Assembly (NCBI GenBank): GCA_035289425.1
Contig: DATDXC010000002.1
Location: 474 to 64,473 of the forward strand
Length of the DNA: 64,000 nucleotides
Origin: Candidatus Nanoarchaeia archaeon
Lineage (GTDB): Archaea; Nanobdellota; Nanobdellia; Woesearchaeales; DATDXC01
Reading direction: 5' to 3'
In this document: piece by piece, positions 29,246-39,212 of the stretch
Layout of the letters: each line of letters opens with the position of its first letter
Numbering within the stretch: position 1 is the first letter of the stretch
Made by a program: the position numbers and the translations under genes
Notes under the pieces: generated by a model
What the model was told of the DNA's origin: nothing
Seen by the model: the letters and a program-made list of their open reading frames with translations, nothing else
Databases searched by the model: none

Positions 29246-30270
29246 ATGATCACCAATTGCGGTTCAACTTTTTCCATGGCAACTCCCAAATGCTTTGCTT
29301 GGACGATTTTTCGTATGTTGGCTATCTCCATTTCTTTAGCAAACAAAAAACTGAGTATGGAATAGACGCTCAATGGATTCTGGTGCTGGAATCTTAATGC
29401 TTTCTTCATGAGATGGTTGTATAATTGGATCTCGAGAGGGATCAAGGACTTCATAGTAGGTAGGTTCTTAAAAATATGACGATAGTGTGATGTAGCCAGA
29501 ATTTCAGGAATAGCTTCATCAGAAGCGCGTAAAAGCCTCCGATACAGCATGTTCTCTATGTCATCTTTTGTGAAGAAAAGTCGTTCCTGTATCTGACTGC
29601 TGCTCATGCCTGCTTTTTTGAGGCGGAAAAAGGTGAGCAGATTGCTGATATGGATGGACGTGAGCAGAAATTGCTTGTAATGCTCTCCTTGGATAGGTAC
29701 ACAAGAAGTGAATGAAAGCAATTCATCATAGCAGAATCGGTCAAGGCTGTTCTCAATCTCAAATAATGACTTGTTCTTGAGTGAGGCATAGTATTTCCCA
29801 TATCTTTTTAGGGTATCTGGAAGCGACTTTATGATTTCATCCACATCGCCCATGCCTAACAATGACTTAGCCATGTCTTCCCGTATGATGCCAGCTGGCT
29901 GCAGGATTCTCATGGTCTCCTCAGTAGGGATATGCGCCATTTTTGCTCTGATGATTGTCTTTAGATTAAGGATGTCGTATTTGAGGAGATAGTGGTCAAT
30001 GAAAGGAGTGAAGCTTTCTGGGGAAATTCTCTTGAGCTTCATGATGGTGTGTATAAAGTTTTGGAGTAATGCTTTTTCGATGAGCGCAATGCCTGAGTAC
30101 GTGAGGCCCATCTCTGTAACCTCCTTGCGATATTGGGTCTCCCCGAGATAATGGGATATCTCCGAAAGTCCCATCTTCATCAGTTTTGGGTATTGAGCTG
30201 AAGGTATGAGCAGGCTCCGCATGACTGTGATGCGGACATAGGCATAGGGTGATTCGACCATCTGGATCAT
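29242..30270 (-). CDS. atpC: A-type ATP synthase subunit C
   Basis: A 342 aa helical protein located between atpE and atpF, as in archaeal ahaC. Confidence 0.8.
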   Translation of the reverse strand: MIQMVESPYAYVRITVMRSLLIPSAQYPKLMKMGLSEISHYLGETQYRKEVTEMGLTYSGIALIEKALLQNFIHTIMKLKRISPESFTPFIDHYLLKYDILNLKTIIRAKMAHIPTEETMRILQPAGIIREDMAKSLLGMGDVDEIIKSLPDTLKRYGKYYASLKNKSLFEIENSLDRFCYDELLSFTSCVPIQGEHYKQFLLTSIHISNLLTFFRLKKAGMSSSQIQERLFFTKDDIENMLYRRLLRASDEAIPEILATSHYRHIFKNLPTMKSLIPLEIQLYNHLMKKALRFQHQNPLSVYSILSFLFAKEMEIANIRKIVQAKHLGVAMEKVEPQLVII

Positions 30271-30794
30271 CAGAACAGCACCTCTGCAATCTCTGCAAGA
30301 TATTTACCCTTGAGTACATCAAGCAAGGTTGTATAGCTGTAGTCAACGCTGACAGTGCCATCCTTATTTTCCGCAATGATGCCCCCGTCAAGGTCCCTAG
30401 TTACAACCTCAATGCCCTTTATGTGCTTTGCATCATGGGGATTGCAGTATACCCTGGCAACATCAAGTTCAGCCTGAGCTTTCTGCAGCAGCTTTACCGG
30501 ATAATCAGTGGCTCGCAGTTGGTGTTTGGCTTTCTCAACTGCCTCATGGATAAGCTTTTGCTTTGCGGCAAGCAGTATCTGCTCAGTTGTACTGGTTGCT
30601 TCTGCAGTCTTAATTCTGGTCAGCCTATCTGCTTCCTTTTTGAAGTGTATCTTAGCCTTCTCTTTCTCTGCTTTGATATGATCCGCAGCAGCCTTTCCAA
30701 TAGTCTGTACCTGTTTTTCAGTTTCCGAATTAATTCGCATTACTTCCTTAACTGCTTTCTCAATGATGTCCTTCTTTACTTCTTCCAGTCCCAT
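30270..30794 (-). CDS. atpE: A-type ATP synthase subunit E
   Basis: A 174 aa coiled-coil protein, 'MGLEEVKKDIIEKAVKEV', in the subunit E position of the operon. Confidence 0.75.
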   Translation of the reverse strand: MGLEEVKKDIIEKAVKEVMRINSETEKQVQTIGKAAADHIKAEKEKAKIHFKKEADRLTRIKTAEATSTTEQILLAAKQKLIHEAVEKAKHQLRATDYPVKLLQKAQAELDVARVYCNPHDAKHIKGIEVVTRDLDGGIIAENKDGTVSVDYSYTTLLDVLKGKYLAEIAEVLF

Positions 30795-30796
30795 GC

Positions 30797-31024
30797 TTAT
30801 CCAGCCATTCCAATTATAAGGATTGCAATGACAAGTCCGAATATGACCAATGTTTCAGGTATGACTGTCAAAATCAATCCCTTACCAAACAATTCTTCTT
30901 TTTCTGCCATGGCACCTATTGCGGCTGTGCCTATACCTTTCTCAGCTATTCCTGCTGCAATTGCACTTAACCCAACTGCCAGTGCAGCTCCTAGAGCCAT
31001 AAGGCCTGCGCTTTCTACTACCAT
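30797..31024 (-). CDS. atpK: A-type ATP synthase proteolipid subunit K (c)
   Basis: A 75 aa two-helix proteolipid with 'GIGTAAIGAMAEKEELFGKGLILTVIPETLVIFGLV'. Confidence 0.85.
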   Translation of the reverse strand: MVVESAGLMALGAALAVGLSAIAAGIAEKGIGTAAIGAMAEKEELFGKGLILTVIPETLVIFGLVIAILIIGMAG

Positions 31025-31042
31025 TTTATTTCCCTCCGTGTT

Positions 31043-32833
31043 TTAAATCTCGTTTTTCATACCAAATGGCTTGAATGGGATTCCCCCGCCATGGTAGAAT
31101 TTTGTAAACAGCTCCACATAATGAAGTCTGAGTGAGTGTAAGAAGCTGCCTAGGCAGCCAAGGGTTATGTTGATAGCATGGCCTAGTACCAGTATAATGA
31201 TTCCAACTATTGCCAGGTCAGAGTGAAAGAAACCCTCAGCAAGATCATTGACAACCAACGCAAGGCCCACAGAAGACAGCCCGATTGCCATCAATCTCAC
31301 GTAGGATAAGATATTTCCGAATATCCCCGGAATCTCAACCAATGAGGTTGCTCCTTCACCTTTATACAAAAATGTTATTGCCAGTGCCAAGACAAGGTAA
31401 CCAACTATGGGGGCCAAGCTAATAACATGGGTGTAACTTGCTGCCAGAAGTGCAATTCCTACTTCAAGGAGCATCCATCCTCCTTTTCTAAAGATAGCAG
31501 CCTTCAGTCCATGCCCTTTAAACTCATTGATAAATCCAGCGATAAGACCCGCATTCACATGTAGAATTCCTATGATGATAGCAACTATCATTAGCGGCAT
31601 GAGCGAAAATTCGGGATTCCTGCTGATCAGAGGATGATAGAACTCAATTCCAAAAAATTCACCGAAAATAAGGCCAAAGAAGACAGTGGCCCAGGATGAG
31701 AATATAAGTATATTAAAGAACGACTTCATCTGAGGCATCTTTTTCTTTAGCAGCCAGAATATCAAAAGCGTAGTAATCCCATATCCCCAGTCTCCAAGCA
31801 TGAATCCAAAAAGGAGCGGGAATGTTAGGAATAAGAACCAGCTCGGATCAATTTCCTTGTATTTAGGCAGGGAATAAAGGTCCAGGAAAAACTTGAAATT
31901 CCTGACTGGCGGTATGTTTGTTAATTCTACCGGCACTTTTTCATGATGGCCAGTCTTGATGGACTCAATATATATGCGGCCTCTAAAGGCTTTTTGTAAT
32001 TTCTCGGTAATTTGTGATACACTTAAAGCAGGGATAAACCCATACACTATGGAGGCAGCGCTTGTTTCCCTGAATTGGAGGGGGATCTCGGCTTTTTCAA
32101 GGGCATCCGAAAGGGTATTTTCGTATATAGGCAAAAGATTTTTGTATTTCGGTGCGATCTGAGCAAGTCTTTTCTCTGCTGCCTCTTTCTTATGCTTTGA
32201 ATCGGCATATGCTGCCTGTAAATCTATATCAGGAAGATCATCAAACAAAAGAGGCGAGAATCCATGGTTCGCAAGAACTGATTTGACATCAGCATTCTTT
32301 TCCGCAAAAAGGGCAATATGACTCCTCTTATTGTATACGCAATGCGTGAGCTTGAACTTCCTAGTTATATGTTCAATGTCTGCATGGCATGCTTCAACAT
32401 TGTCCACAGTACCTATATAGCAGGATATGCTTTCATAGTTATATAAGTCTTGTTTCTTGAGTGAGAGTGAATGCAGCATACGCTCCTTTTCTATAAACTG
32501 GCTAAGCTCCTTTAATTTGGCATCTGATTGCTTGATGGTGTCTGTATTTTTTTGTACTAAAGGAATAAGGACAGACAATTCCTTAAGGATAAGCTTAAGA
32601 TCATTATATTGGGTAGTCGGTGTGAGCGGGATGCGCAGCTGTGCAGCGATGGCCCTGAGCTTTACAAGGGCATCAGATATTTCTTCAGATGCAGCAAGGG
32701 GCTGCCCTGGCCCCGATATAGTGTCTTCCACAATATGCATTGCTTTGGCAGCATGAAGTTCTTCAATAAGCCTGTCCACAAGACGTTTAGGCACAATGAT
32801 CCTCACTTTACTCATGTCTGCTAGCATCTTCAA
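31043..32833 (-). CDS. atpI: A-type ATP synthase subunit I (a)
   Basis: A 596 aa protein with a soluble N-terminal half and a C-terminal polytopic membrane domain. Confidence 0.85.
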   Translation of the reverse strand: MKMLADMSKVRIIVPKRLVDRLIEELHAAKAMHIVEDTISGPGQPLAASEEISDALVKLRAIAAQLRIPLTPTTQYNDLKLILKELSVLIPLVQKNTDTIKQSDAKLKELSQFIEKERMLHSLSLKKQDLYNYESISCYIGTVDNVEACHADIEHITRKFKLTHCVYNKRSHIALFAEKNADVKSVLANHGFSPLLFDDLPDIDLQAAYADSKHKKEAAEKRLAQIAPKYKNLLPIYENTLSDALEKAEIPLQFRETSAASIVYGFIPALSVSQITEKLQKAFRGRIYIESIKTGHHEKVPVELTNIPPVRNFKFFLDLYSLPKYKEIDPSWFLFLTFPLLFGFMLGDWGYGITTLLIFWLLKKKMPQMKSFFNILIFSSWATVFFGLIFGEFFGIEFYHPLISRNPEFSLMPLMIVAIIIGILHVNAGLIAGFINEFKGHGLKAAIFRKGGWMLLEVGIALLAASYTHVISLAPIVGYLVLALAITFLYKGEGATSLVEIPGIFGNILSYVRLMAIGLSSVGLALVVNDLAEGFFHSDLAIVGIIILVLGHAINITLGCLGSFLHSLRLHYVELFTKFYHGGGIPFKPFGMKNEI

Positions 32834-33140
32834 AATACCTCAGGATAGCGTCAACTGCTTTGTCCATATTGCCTGCAGCCTTTTTCTCAAGAGCTTCAGC
32901 CTGCAGATGGGCTTTCTTAAGAATAACCTGCTTATCTTTCTCCAATGATTCCAGGATAGTATGCAATTGTTCTGATGATTCATTGGTTATTGCATCCATG
33001 GAAACTTGGGTGTCATGCACAGCTTTCTCACGGGCTTTCCTCAATTCTGATTCTGCCTTCTGGTGCGCATCTGCAATGTGCTTTCTGGCAGCCTCCTCAG
33101 CTTTCTGGATTTCTGTAAGAATGGGGTCCATATCTATCAT
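32808..33140 (-). CDS. atpH: A-type ATP synthase subunit H
   Basis: A 110 aa charged coiled-coil protein and the first gene of the operon, as for archaeal ahaH. Confidence 0.7.
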   Translation of the reverse strand: MIDMDPILTEIQKAEEAARKHIADAHQKAESELRKAREKAVHDTQVSMDAITNESSEQLHTILESLEKDKQVILKKAHLQAEALEKKAAGNMDKAVDAILRYFEDASRHE

Positions 33141-33467
33141 CTTTGTTGGTTGTTTTATAACGTTTTGCTCCTTATTCTATGGAAAATACTTGGTAATCAG
33201 CTAATTTTTAATACTTTCGAAAGTAGTGGCTTTGGAAGTTGGCAGCCTTAGTTCAGGCTTCCGGGTGGAATTTAACTTCCTTTTCAAATCGCCGATTTCG
33301 TAAAGTTAATAAATCAACCTGTAGTGTACATGCGCATGCAAAAAAAGACCGGTTTTTTAGGCTCTGAGTCATTTAGTGTTCTATCACTTTACAAAATGAG
33401 TGCAGTGACAATCTTCAGACACACAGCTAAACTATCAACCAATTCTGAAAATGATGTGGTGTAACTA

Positions 33468-35216
33468 ATGAATTTCCTGGAAACGTTTGGAATCCTGCTC
33501 CTATTTGTAGTTACCATTTCGTTTATTATAAAATTGCTTAGGCAACCCATCATATTGGGTTACATACTTTCTGGTTTTTTATTTTCACTTTTTCTGATCA
33601 GCGACTCCATAAATACCGAGTATATCCTGGCGTTGTCAGAGGTAGGAGTTACGTTGCTTCTTTTTCTTATGGGCCTCGAATTTAATCTGAAGAGCCTGAA
33701 TGAGCTCGGAAAGGATGTGATAGTGAGCTCTATCATACAATCTATTGTTTATTTCTTGGTGGCTTTCGGGTTATCGCTTCTGTTTGGTTTCACTGTTTTT
33801 GAAAGCGTCTACTTAGGAATATTCTTCATGTTTGCCAGCACATTAGTTGCCACAAAATGGCTGGAAGACAAAAAGGATTTGCTGACTTTGCATGGGAAGA
33901 TCGTACTGGGAACATTAATCTTCCAGGACATCATTGCTATACTATCCCTCACCGCATTAAACGCTTTTAAGCATAATTCCTTATCAGGTTTTCTAACGCT
34001 GCCGCTCTTTGGGATAATTCTATTCTTAATTGCTTTTATTCTATCCAAATACGGACTTAATCCGCTATTGAAATTTTCAAGCAAATACCCCGAACTGCTG
34101 TTTATAGTCGGTTTAGGAGTCTGCTTTCTTTTTGTTATTATCTCGCCTATGCTGGGGTACTCAGCAGCAATCGGTGCTTTCATAGCAGGAGTTACCCTGG
34201 CAAATACATCTTATCGAATTGAAATAAGTACAAAGCTTAAATCTTTGATAATTTTTTTCAATATGCTGTTTTTTGTGGGATTAGGTTTCAAGATTAATGT
34301 AGGAATACCCCACTACCAATGGTGGTATGTATTCATAATTTTGGTTTTAAGTATATTCTTTAAACCAGTGGTCACCTATATGACCTTACGATGGAGAGGG
34401 TTTGACATTAAGACATCCTATACGTCAAGCATGTACCTTGGGCATCTAAGCGAATTTGGCATAATCATCATAGCTGCTGGAGTATCATTGGATCTCATTA
34501 ACCCTACTCTGAACACAGTCATCATACTTGCAGTCATAGGGACAATAATTGCCTCATCCTATTTCATTAAATACAATCAAAATATTTATGCAAGGATTGG
34601 CAAGATAATCCAGAGATTAGATACCCGGATAATAACGAGAAAAGTTTCGGTAGACAAGAGTGATATAGAATGCAACATCTTGCTAATCGGTTATAATGAT
34701 ATAAATGCAGGGATATTCTCCAAGCTAAGCTCCTTGGGCAAGACTATTCTGGTCATTGAGAATGACCCTGAAAAAATATCTCTCTTGAAGAATGCAGATA
34801 TCCCCTTTGTATACTGCTCAATGAGCGACGCCAGTTTCTTTGAGAATCATAAGATTGTCAACCTTGAAATTCTAATTTCTTCAATTACAGACGAGGACGT
34901 AAACAAATTGATATTACGCGAAATAAAGAAAAAATATCCCTCGGTTACCGTTATTATGGCAGCGAAATCCTTAAAATCATCTATGGAGTTGTATGACTGT
35001 AAGGCAGATTATGTGATATATCAAACACAGATACATGACCAGGTGGTATCTGCCATAATCGAAGACTATACCATCAATATACAAAGAATTCTGACCAAAA
35101 AGATAAATGACATAATAGAATTAAAGAAAAGAGAGGAAAAGATGAGCAGGTTGGGCAAAAGCGAAGTGTTCGAGATCGGCGATTTTCTTAAAAAAATGCT
35201 GAGAAAGACGAATTAA
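33468..35216 (+). CDS. CPA2-family cation/proton antiporter with a C-terminal RCK/TrkA-N domain
   Basis: A 582 aa protein with a KefB-like N-terminal membrane domain and the Rossmann motif 'ILLIGYNDINAG' in the C-terminal domain. Confidence 0.75.
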   Translation: MNFLETFGILLLFVVTISFIIKLLRQPIILGYILSGFLFSLFLISDSINTEYILALSEVGVTLLLFLMGLEFNLKSLNELGKDVIVSSIIQSIVYFLVAFGLSLLFGFTVFESVYLGIFFMFASTLVATKWLEDKKDLLTLHGKIVLGTLIFQDIIAILSLTALNAFKHNSLSGFLTLPLFGIILFLIAFILSKYGLNPLLKFSSKYPELLFIVGLGVCFLFVIISPMLGYSAAIGAFIAGVTLANTSYRIEISTKLKSLIIFFNMLFFVGLGFKINVGIPHYQWWYVFIILVLSIFFKPVVTYMTLRWRGFDIKTSYTSSMYLGHLSEFGIIIIAAGVSLDLINPTLNTVIILAVIGTIIASSYFIKYNQNIYARIGKIIQRLDTRIITRKVSVDKSDIECNILLIGYNDINAGIFSKLSSLGKTILVIENDPEKISLLKNADIPFVYCSMSDASFFENHKIVNLEILISSITDEDVNKLILREIKKKYPSVTVIMAAKSLKSSMELYDCKADYVIYQTQIHDQVVSAIIEDYTINIQRILTKKINDIIELKKREEKMSRLGKSEVFEIGDFLKKMLRKTN

Positions 35217-35228
35217 TAAAGAAACAAT

Positions 35229-35333
35229 AGCCCCGGGCAGATTCGAACTGCCGTCAGAGCCTGTCTGCAGCAGCTGAATATCATTTTCACTGCCTCCAGA
35301 GGGCCCTATCCTTGACCACTAGACTACGGGGCT
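35229..35333 (-). tRNA. tRNA-Gln(CUG) with an intron of about 33 nt
   Basis: The minus-strand sequence has acceptor stem AGCCCCG/CGGGGCT, a D-arm TAGTCTAGTGGTCAAGGAT, the anticodon loop CTCTGGA (anticodon CUG), a variable region TGAC, and a T-arm GGCAG-TTCGAAT-CTGCC. An extra ~33 nt lies 3' of the anticodon at or near the canonical 37/38 position. No CCA is encoded. Confidence 0.8.
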
Positions 35334-35416
35334 GGATGCCATGGGAAAACTATTTTTGTTTTATAAAGGTATTTATTTTTGAAAGGTTTAAATACCCTCT
35401 CTTATTTTTACAATCT

Positions 35417-36019
35417 ATGGAAAGAATAATCGGTTCTGGTGCAGAAGCAGTAATTCTATTAGATAAAAATGTGGTTAAAGACAGAATTAAGAAGAATTAC
35501 CGCATCAGTGAAATTGACGATAAGCTTCGGAAGTCGAGAACAAAGAGAGAAGCCAAGATCCTGAAAAAGCTAGAACAGATTGAATTTCCCTCTCCCAGAT
35601 TAATCAAGACTGACGATTTAGAAAAGATTGAGATGGAATTCATTGGAGGAAAAAAGCTCAGGGATATCTTGAATGTTAAGAATTACAGAAAATTGATGAA
35701 TAAGCTGGGGGAAAAGATTGCTGTCCTGCACAACAATGGAATAATACATGGGGATCTGACGACCTCTAATTTCCTAGTTAAGGGCAATGTCACTTATTTC
35801 ATAGACTTTGGCCTGAGCTTCTTTGACGTCAATGCCGAGCATAAGGCAGTAGACCTCCACCTGCTCAAACAAGCCCTTGAAAGCAAGCATTTTGCCTTGA
35901 AAGATGCTTTCCAGGAAGTGCTGAAAGGATATCAGAAAGCAAAAGATTACGCCAAAGTCATGGAACGGTTTGAAAAGGTTGAATCAAGAGGACGATACAA
36001 AACAAGAAAGAAGTCCTAG
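35417..36019 (+). CDS. bud32: KEOPS complex kinase Bud32
   Basis: Has 'IGSGAEAVI' (Gly-loop), 'IIHGDLTTSNFL' and 'IDFGLS'. The start is taken at the internal Met because the called ORF start (35312) overlaps the tRNA. Confidence 0.8.
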   Translation: MERIIGSGAEAVILLDKNVVKDRIKKNYRISEIDDKLRKSRTKREAKILKKLEQIEFPSPRLIKTDDLEKIEMEFIGGKKLRDILNVKNYRKLMNKLGEKIAVLHNNGIIHGDLTTSNFLVKGNVTYFIDFGLSFFDVNAEHKAVDLHLLKQALESKHFALKDAFQEVLKGYQKAKDYAKVMERFEKVESRGRYKTRKKS

Positions 36020-36510
36020 GCTTTGTAGAGTAGCCTATAGACTAGTTCAGCAATCTCTATCCCTGATTTAAGGTCGAATTCAAGCTCAGGCGGATACAAC
36101 TCTTCTAAATCATCTCCTGCTTCAATAGAAGCAGATTCTGCTTCCGTCTCAGTCGTATGTTCACTTGAGTATGAAACTCCAGGAGCCTCATTATCCAAAT
36201 CAGGCATGTAATCCTGAGTTTCAATGCCAGTATCATAGCTAGCGTAGCTATCATCTTCATCAACCAGATCATGCAGAAAAGGAATCTCAAAATTCCAGAA
36301 GTCATTGCTGGTGAAATATATCCCCCAGTTCATGTGGGCTATCATATGCGCTGAATCAAGCATCTCTTCAAGCCTGTGCATCGGATTCCGGTCATTGAAT
36401 AACGCTGCAGCTGTCTTGACTGGCTCAGGAGGGTCTTCTGCCTCTACCATAAGCTGTACAGCGATATTACTCATATACGGAGAATCCATAAGGTATGGTA
36501 AGCCAAACAT
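36016..36510 (-). CDS. acidic hypothetical protein
   Basis: A 164 aa ORF with a highly acidic C-terminal half. It has no recognised motif. Confidence 0.35.
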   Translation of the reverse strand: MFGLPYLMDSPYMSNIAVQLMVEAEDPPEPVKTAAALFNDRNPMHRLEEMLDSAHMIAHMNWGIYFTSNDFWNFEIPFLHDLVDEDDSYASYDTGIETQDYMPDLDNEAPGVSYSSEHTTETEAESASIEAGDDLEELYPPELEFDLKSGIEIAELVYRLLYKA

Positions 36511-36622
36511 CTATATAAATATTTCGTTAAACTAGGATAGGACATCCAACCAATGTAGCTGTTCTTAAAACAGGAACACCTCATTCAAAACATTTTTATA
36601 CCTATAACTCCCAGGAAGAATT

Positions 36623-37294
36623 ATGTGGGTTGCAAAGCTGAGAATAAAACATGATGACTGTGTAGTCGGAAGCAGATGCAAGAAATTCAATGTGGTGAGC
36701 ATAGGGGTACCATTTAACAAGTCTTCAGATGATTCTTTTAATTATTTCTCCCATTTTGAGACATTAAGCGGAAGAGAGGAGGATATCAAGAGATATATTA
36801 CCGATATCAGGAAAGACCCCAGAGTAACGAGCTTGGAGATTGAGGGCAATGTTCTCTTCTTTCTGGTTAAGATTCCCCTGGAGCATAGGATTCCCTCAAC
36901 TCACTATAATCCCCGTACATTCTTCATCAAGCCGGTCATTGTGGATACGCAGGGTTATGAACTGTGGGAGATTGGCAGCTGGAAAAAAGAGCTGCTGAGC
37001 GAATTCATAGACAATCTCCAGAAGGAGAAATTCTACGTCAAGATTCTGCGGATGGAAAACACCAAGTTGAATGAAGTGTATTTCCCGCAGGTCATGCCTC
37101 AGTTGACTAAGAATCAAAAGCGTGCGATCGAATTAGCCTACCAGCATGGGTATTATGAATTCCCCCGGAATATAGAGCTGAATGATCTGGCAAAGTTTGC
37201 AGGCTTGTCCCTTTCGACATTCAGGGAGCACCTACGAAAAGCAGAAAAGAAGATCATGCCTGATTTAGTCAAGAATGTGATGGATGAATTCTAG
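36623..37294 (+). CDS. HTH_10 (bacterio-opsin activator-type) DNA-binding protein
   Basis: The C-terminus 'LTKNQKRAIELAYQHGYYEFPRNIELNDLAKFAGLSLSTFREHLRKAEKK' matches the HTH_10 signature. Confidence 0.55.
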   Translation: MWVAKLRIKHDDCVVGSRCKKFNVVSIGVPFNKSSDDSFNYFSHFETLSGREEDIKRYITDIRKDPRVTSLEIEGNVLFFLVKIPLEHRIPSTHYNPRTFFIKPVIVDTQGYELWEIGSWKKELLSEFIDNLQKEKFYVKILRMENTKLNEVYFPQVMPQLTKNQKRAIELAYQHGYYEFPRNIELNDLAKFAGLSLSTFREHLRKAEKKIMPDLVKNVMDEF

Positions 37295-37812
37295 ACCTTT
37301 AATTTATCCTTCTTAGCCTTGTCAGAGATGATAGCAGAATTGCCGGATGGATCTTCAATGATGATTTTGCATTTTTCAGTGCCCCACAATATCCGGTTGA
37401 CTTTCTTCGATAATTTCCAGGCAGCCTTTTTCTCATCAGCATCTTCTGCAGCTTCCTTGGCTGACTCAATCTGGGTTTTGACCCTCTTCAAAACCCCTTC
37501 TACATTGGACACATAACCTACTGATCCGGTGCCAGGCGTAATTTCAGTGATATAGGGAATCTTGACAGTAGCTTCAGCGCTCTTAATGATTCGTATCTTG
37601 AGGTCATCGGTGGATGAAACCTCTAAGGTCCATTTGCATGGCTCCTGCTGTTCCAATGCTTCGACATCAGCTTTGTGGAACTTGCAGTTAGAACAGGTCA
37701 TAGAAAATGCTGACATCCTTCCAAAGTAAGGAACCTCGATCTCCCTCTCTATGAGAGTGAGTGCCTTCTGAGAGCAGATAGGGCATATTTCGCCACTCAA
37801 TGAATCAGACAT
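37291..37812 (-). CDS. ZPR1-type zinc finger protein
   Basis: Has 'CPICSQ...PYFGRM...SMTCSNCKF' (a C4 zinc ribbon) followed by a ZPR1 A-domain-like 'IPYITEITPGTGSVGYVSNVEGVL'. Confidence 0.7.
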   Translation of the reverse strand: MSDSLSGEICPICSQKALTLIEREIEVPYFGRMSAFSMTCSNCKFHKADVEALEQQEPCKWTLEVSSTDDLKIRIIKSAEATVKIPYITEITPGTGSVGYVSNVEGVLKRVKTQIESAKEAAEDADEKKAAWKLSKKVNRILWGTEKCKIIIEDPSGNSAIISDKAKKDKLKV

Positions 37813-37973
37813 GGCAGAGAGGTTTGTATTTCTCTATTTATAGTTTTTGTTTTAATGGGATCTGTTCAAAATAGAGGTTTGCAGCACTGGCCAATACATC
37901 ATTGAAGAGTTGATATGGATCTTCTAGGAAAACAGATTATTATAAAACAATTAAACCTGCTAATAGAAAAAAC

Positions 37974-38396
37974 CTATGCTTCGTCGTCGCTATACTCAGT
38001 TACTTGGGACACAGTCTGCTGCTTTGCTTGTTTTGGTTTTTCCCGGTGTATCTTGGCAAAACTTGGCGTCGCTGCAATCCAGTCATCACCGAAACCAGCA
38101 ATATCACCATCAATGGCATCGCAGGTTTTTTTGATCTTGTTGATAGCCCGCTTCAGCTCAACCAAATCTTTGTCTTTCAGCGGTTTTATGTTGATCAAAG
38201 CAATGGTATGGCCTTCACGCAATGCATCAAGAATTGGCTTTATCTGTTCAAAATCAGTGATGGCAAAGGGCCTCACAACAACCTTTGCGTGCTCTTCTCC
38301 ATCCCCTGTTCCTAACTCAACATAACCTTCTTCCCCCTCGCCATGCGATTCTGGGGAATTGAACTTCTCCCGTAGTTTGGAAAAAAAACCTGCCAT
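37974..38396 (-). CDS. sepF: SepF-like cell-division protein (DUF552)
   Basis: 'VVRPFAITDFEQIKPILDALREGHTIALINI' and 'DAIDGDIAGFGDDWIAATP' match the archaeal SepF core. Confidence 0.65.
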   Translation of the reverse strand: MAGFFSKLREKFNSPESHGEGEEGYVELGTGDGEEHAKVVVRPFAITDFEQIKPILDALREGHTIALINIKPLKDKDLVELKRAINKIKKTCDAIDGDIAGFGDDWIAATPSFAKIHREKPKQAKQQTVSQVTEYSDDEA

Positions 38397-38538
38397 TCAA
38401 AATGCCTCCATTATTAACAGCTTTTCAAGCACCACATCTATATAAGCTTTTCTATTGTAAAGTTACTATAAAAATTCCCTGATGACCAGGTGACAGAAAT
38501 GGCAAAGTTTTTAAATAGCAATTAAATTCTTCAGACTC

Positions 38539-38829
38539 ATGGCGCAAAAAATAGGGGGATACAGAAGAAAGACCCGGTACAAATTTAGGAAAGAGGCTCG
38601 GCAGCGGGGGAAGATCAGCCTAACAAGGTATTTGCAGACTTTCAATGTGGGTGATAAGGTGGCGCTGACAGTAGAATCCGCCGTGCAGAAAGGTATGTAT
38701 AATCCACGATTCATGGGAAAGACCGCTACAGTAAAGCAAAAGCGGGGACAGTGTTATGAAGTACTGGTCAGGGATGGGGACAAAATGAAAATGGTCATTG
38801 TGCACCCAGTCCACCTTAAGAGGTTATAA
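38539..38829 (+). CDS. rpl21e: 50S ribosomal protein L21e
   Basis: 'GYRRKTRYKFRKEARQRG', 'FNVGDKVALTVESAVQKGM' and 'YNPRFMGKTATV' are the canonical L21e sequences. Confidence 0.9.
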   Translation: MAQKIGGYRRKTRYKFRKEARQRGKISLTRYLQTFNVGDKVALTVESAVQKGMYNPRFMGKTATVKQKRGQCYEVLVRDGDKMKMVIVHPVHLKRL

Positions 38830-38830
38830 A

Positions 38831-39160
38831 ATGTCAGGAATCCTAAATGAGAACCCCATAAGCAGTGCTGAATTAAAGGAGCATCTCGAACGAATAAAGA
38901 AGCGGGACGGGGAGCTTAATTTCAGGGCTAACAAAACACTGGAATACCTAAATCATTTTGACATCCCCAAAGATTATAAGGAACTTTCTGAGGCAATAAC
39001 CCAACTTAAGGTGCCTCGCTTGAAAGATAGTCATATAAAAAAGATAGTCGACCTAAGACCAAATTCTGTTGATGATCTTAAGGTCATTCTGCAGGGATAC
39101 CCCATCAGTGTAAACAACGAGAATCTTAAAAAGATTGTCGATGTCGTAACCAAAGCATAA
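38831..39160 (+). CDS. rpoF: DNA-directed RNA polymerase subunit Rpo4/F (probable)
   Basis: A 109 aa protein immediately after rpl21e, as in the conserved archaeal L21e-rpoF-DUF655 cluster. 'AELKEHLERIKKRDGELNFRANKTLEYL' resembles the Rpb4/RpoF HRDC-like region. Confidence 0.55.
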   Translation: MSGILNENPISSAELKEHLERIKKRDGELNFRANKTLEYLNHFDIPKDYKELSEAITQLKVPRLKDSHIKKIVDLRPNSVDDLKVILQGYPISVNNENLKKIVDVVTKA

Positions 39161-39212
39161 CTTCTTACAAAATGAATATATTTATAAATGTAAGAGTTTT
39201 TATTCCATACTT

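Noticed and set aside
30249-31046. A 265 aa plus-strand ORF.
   Set aside because: It lies antisense to the clearly recognisable atpE and atpK genes. It has a hydrophobic low-complexity translation, which is the usual shadow ORF of an AT-rich coding region.
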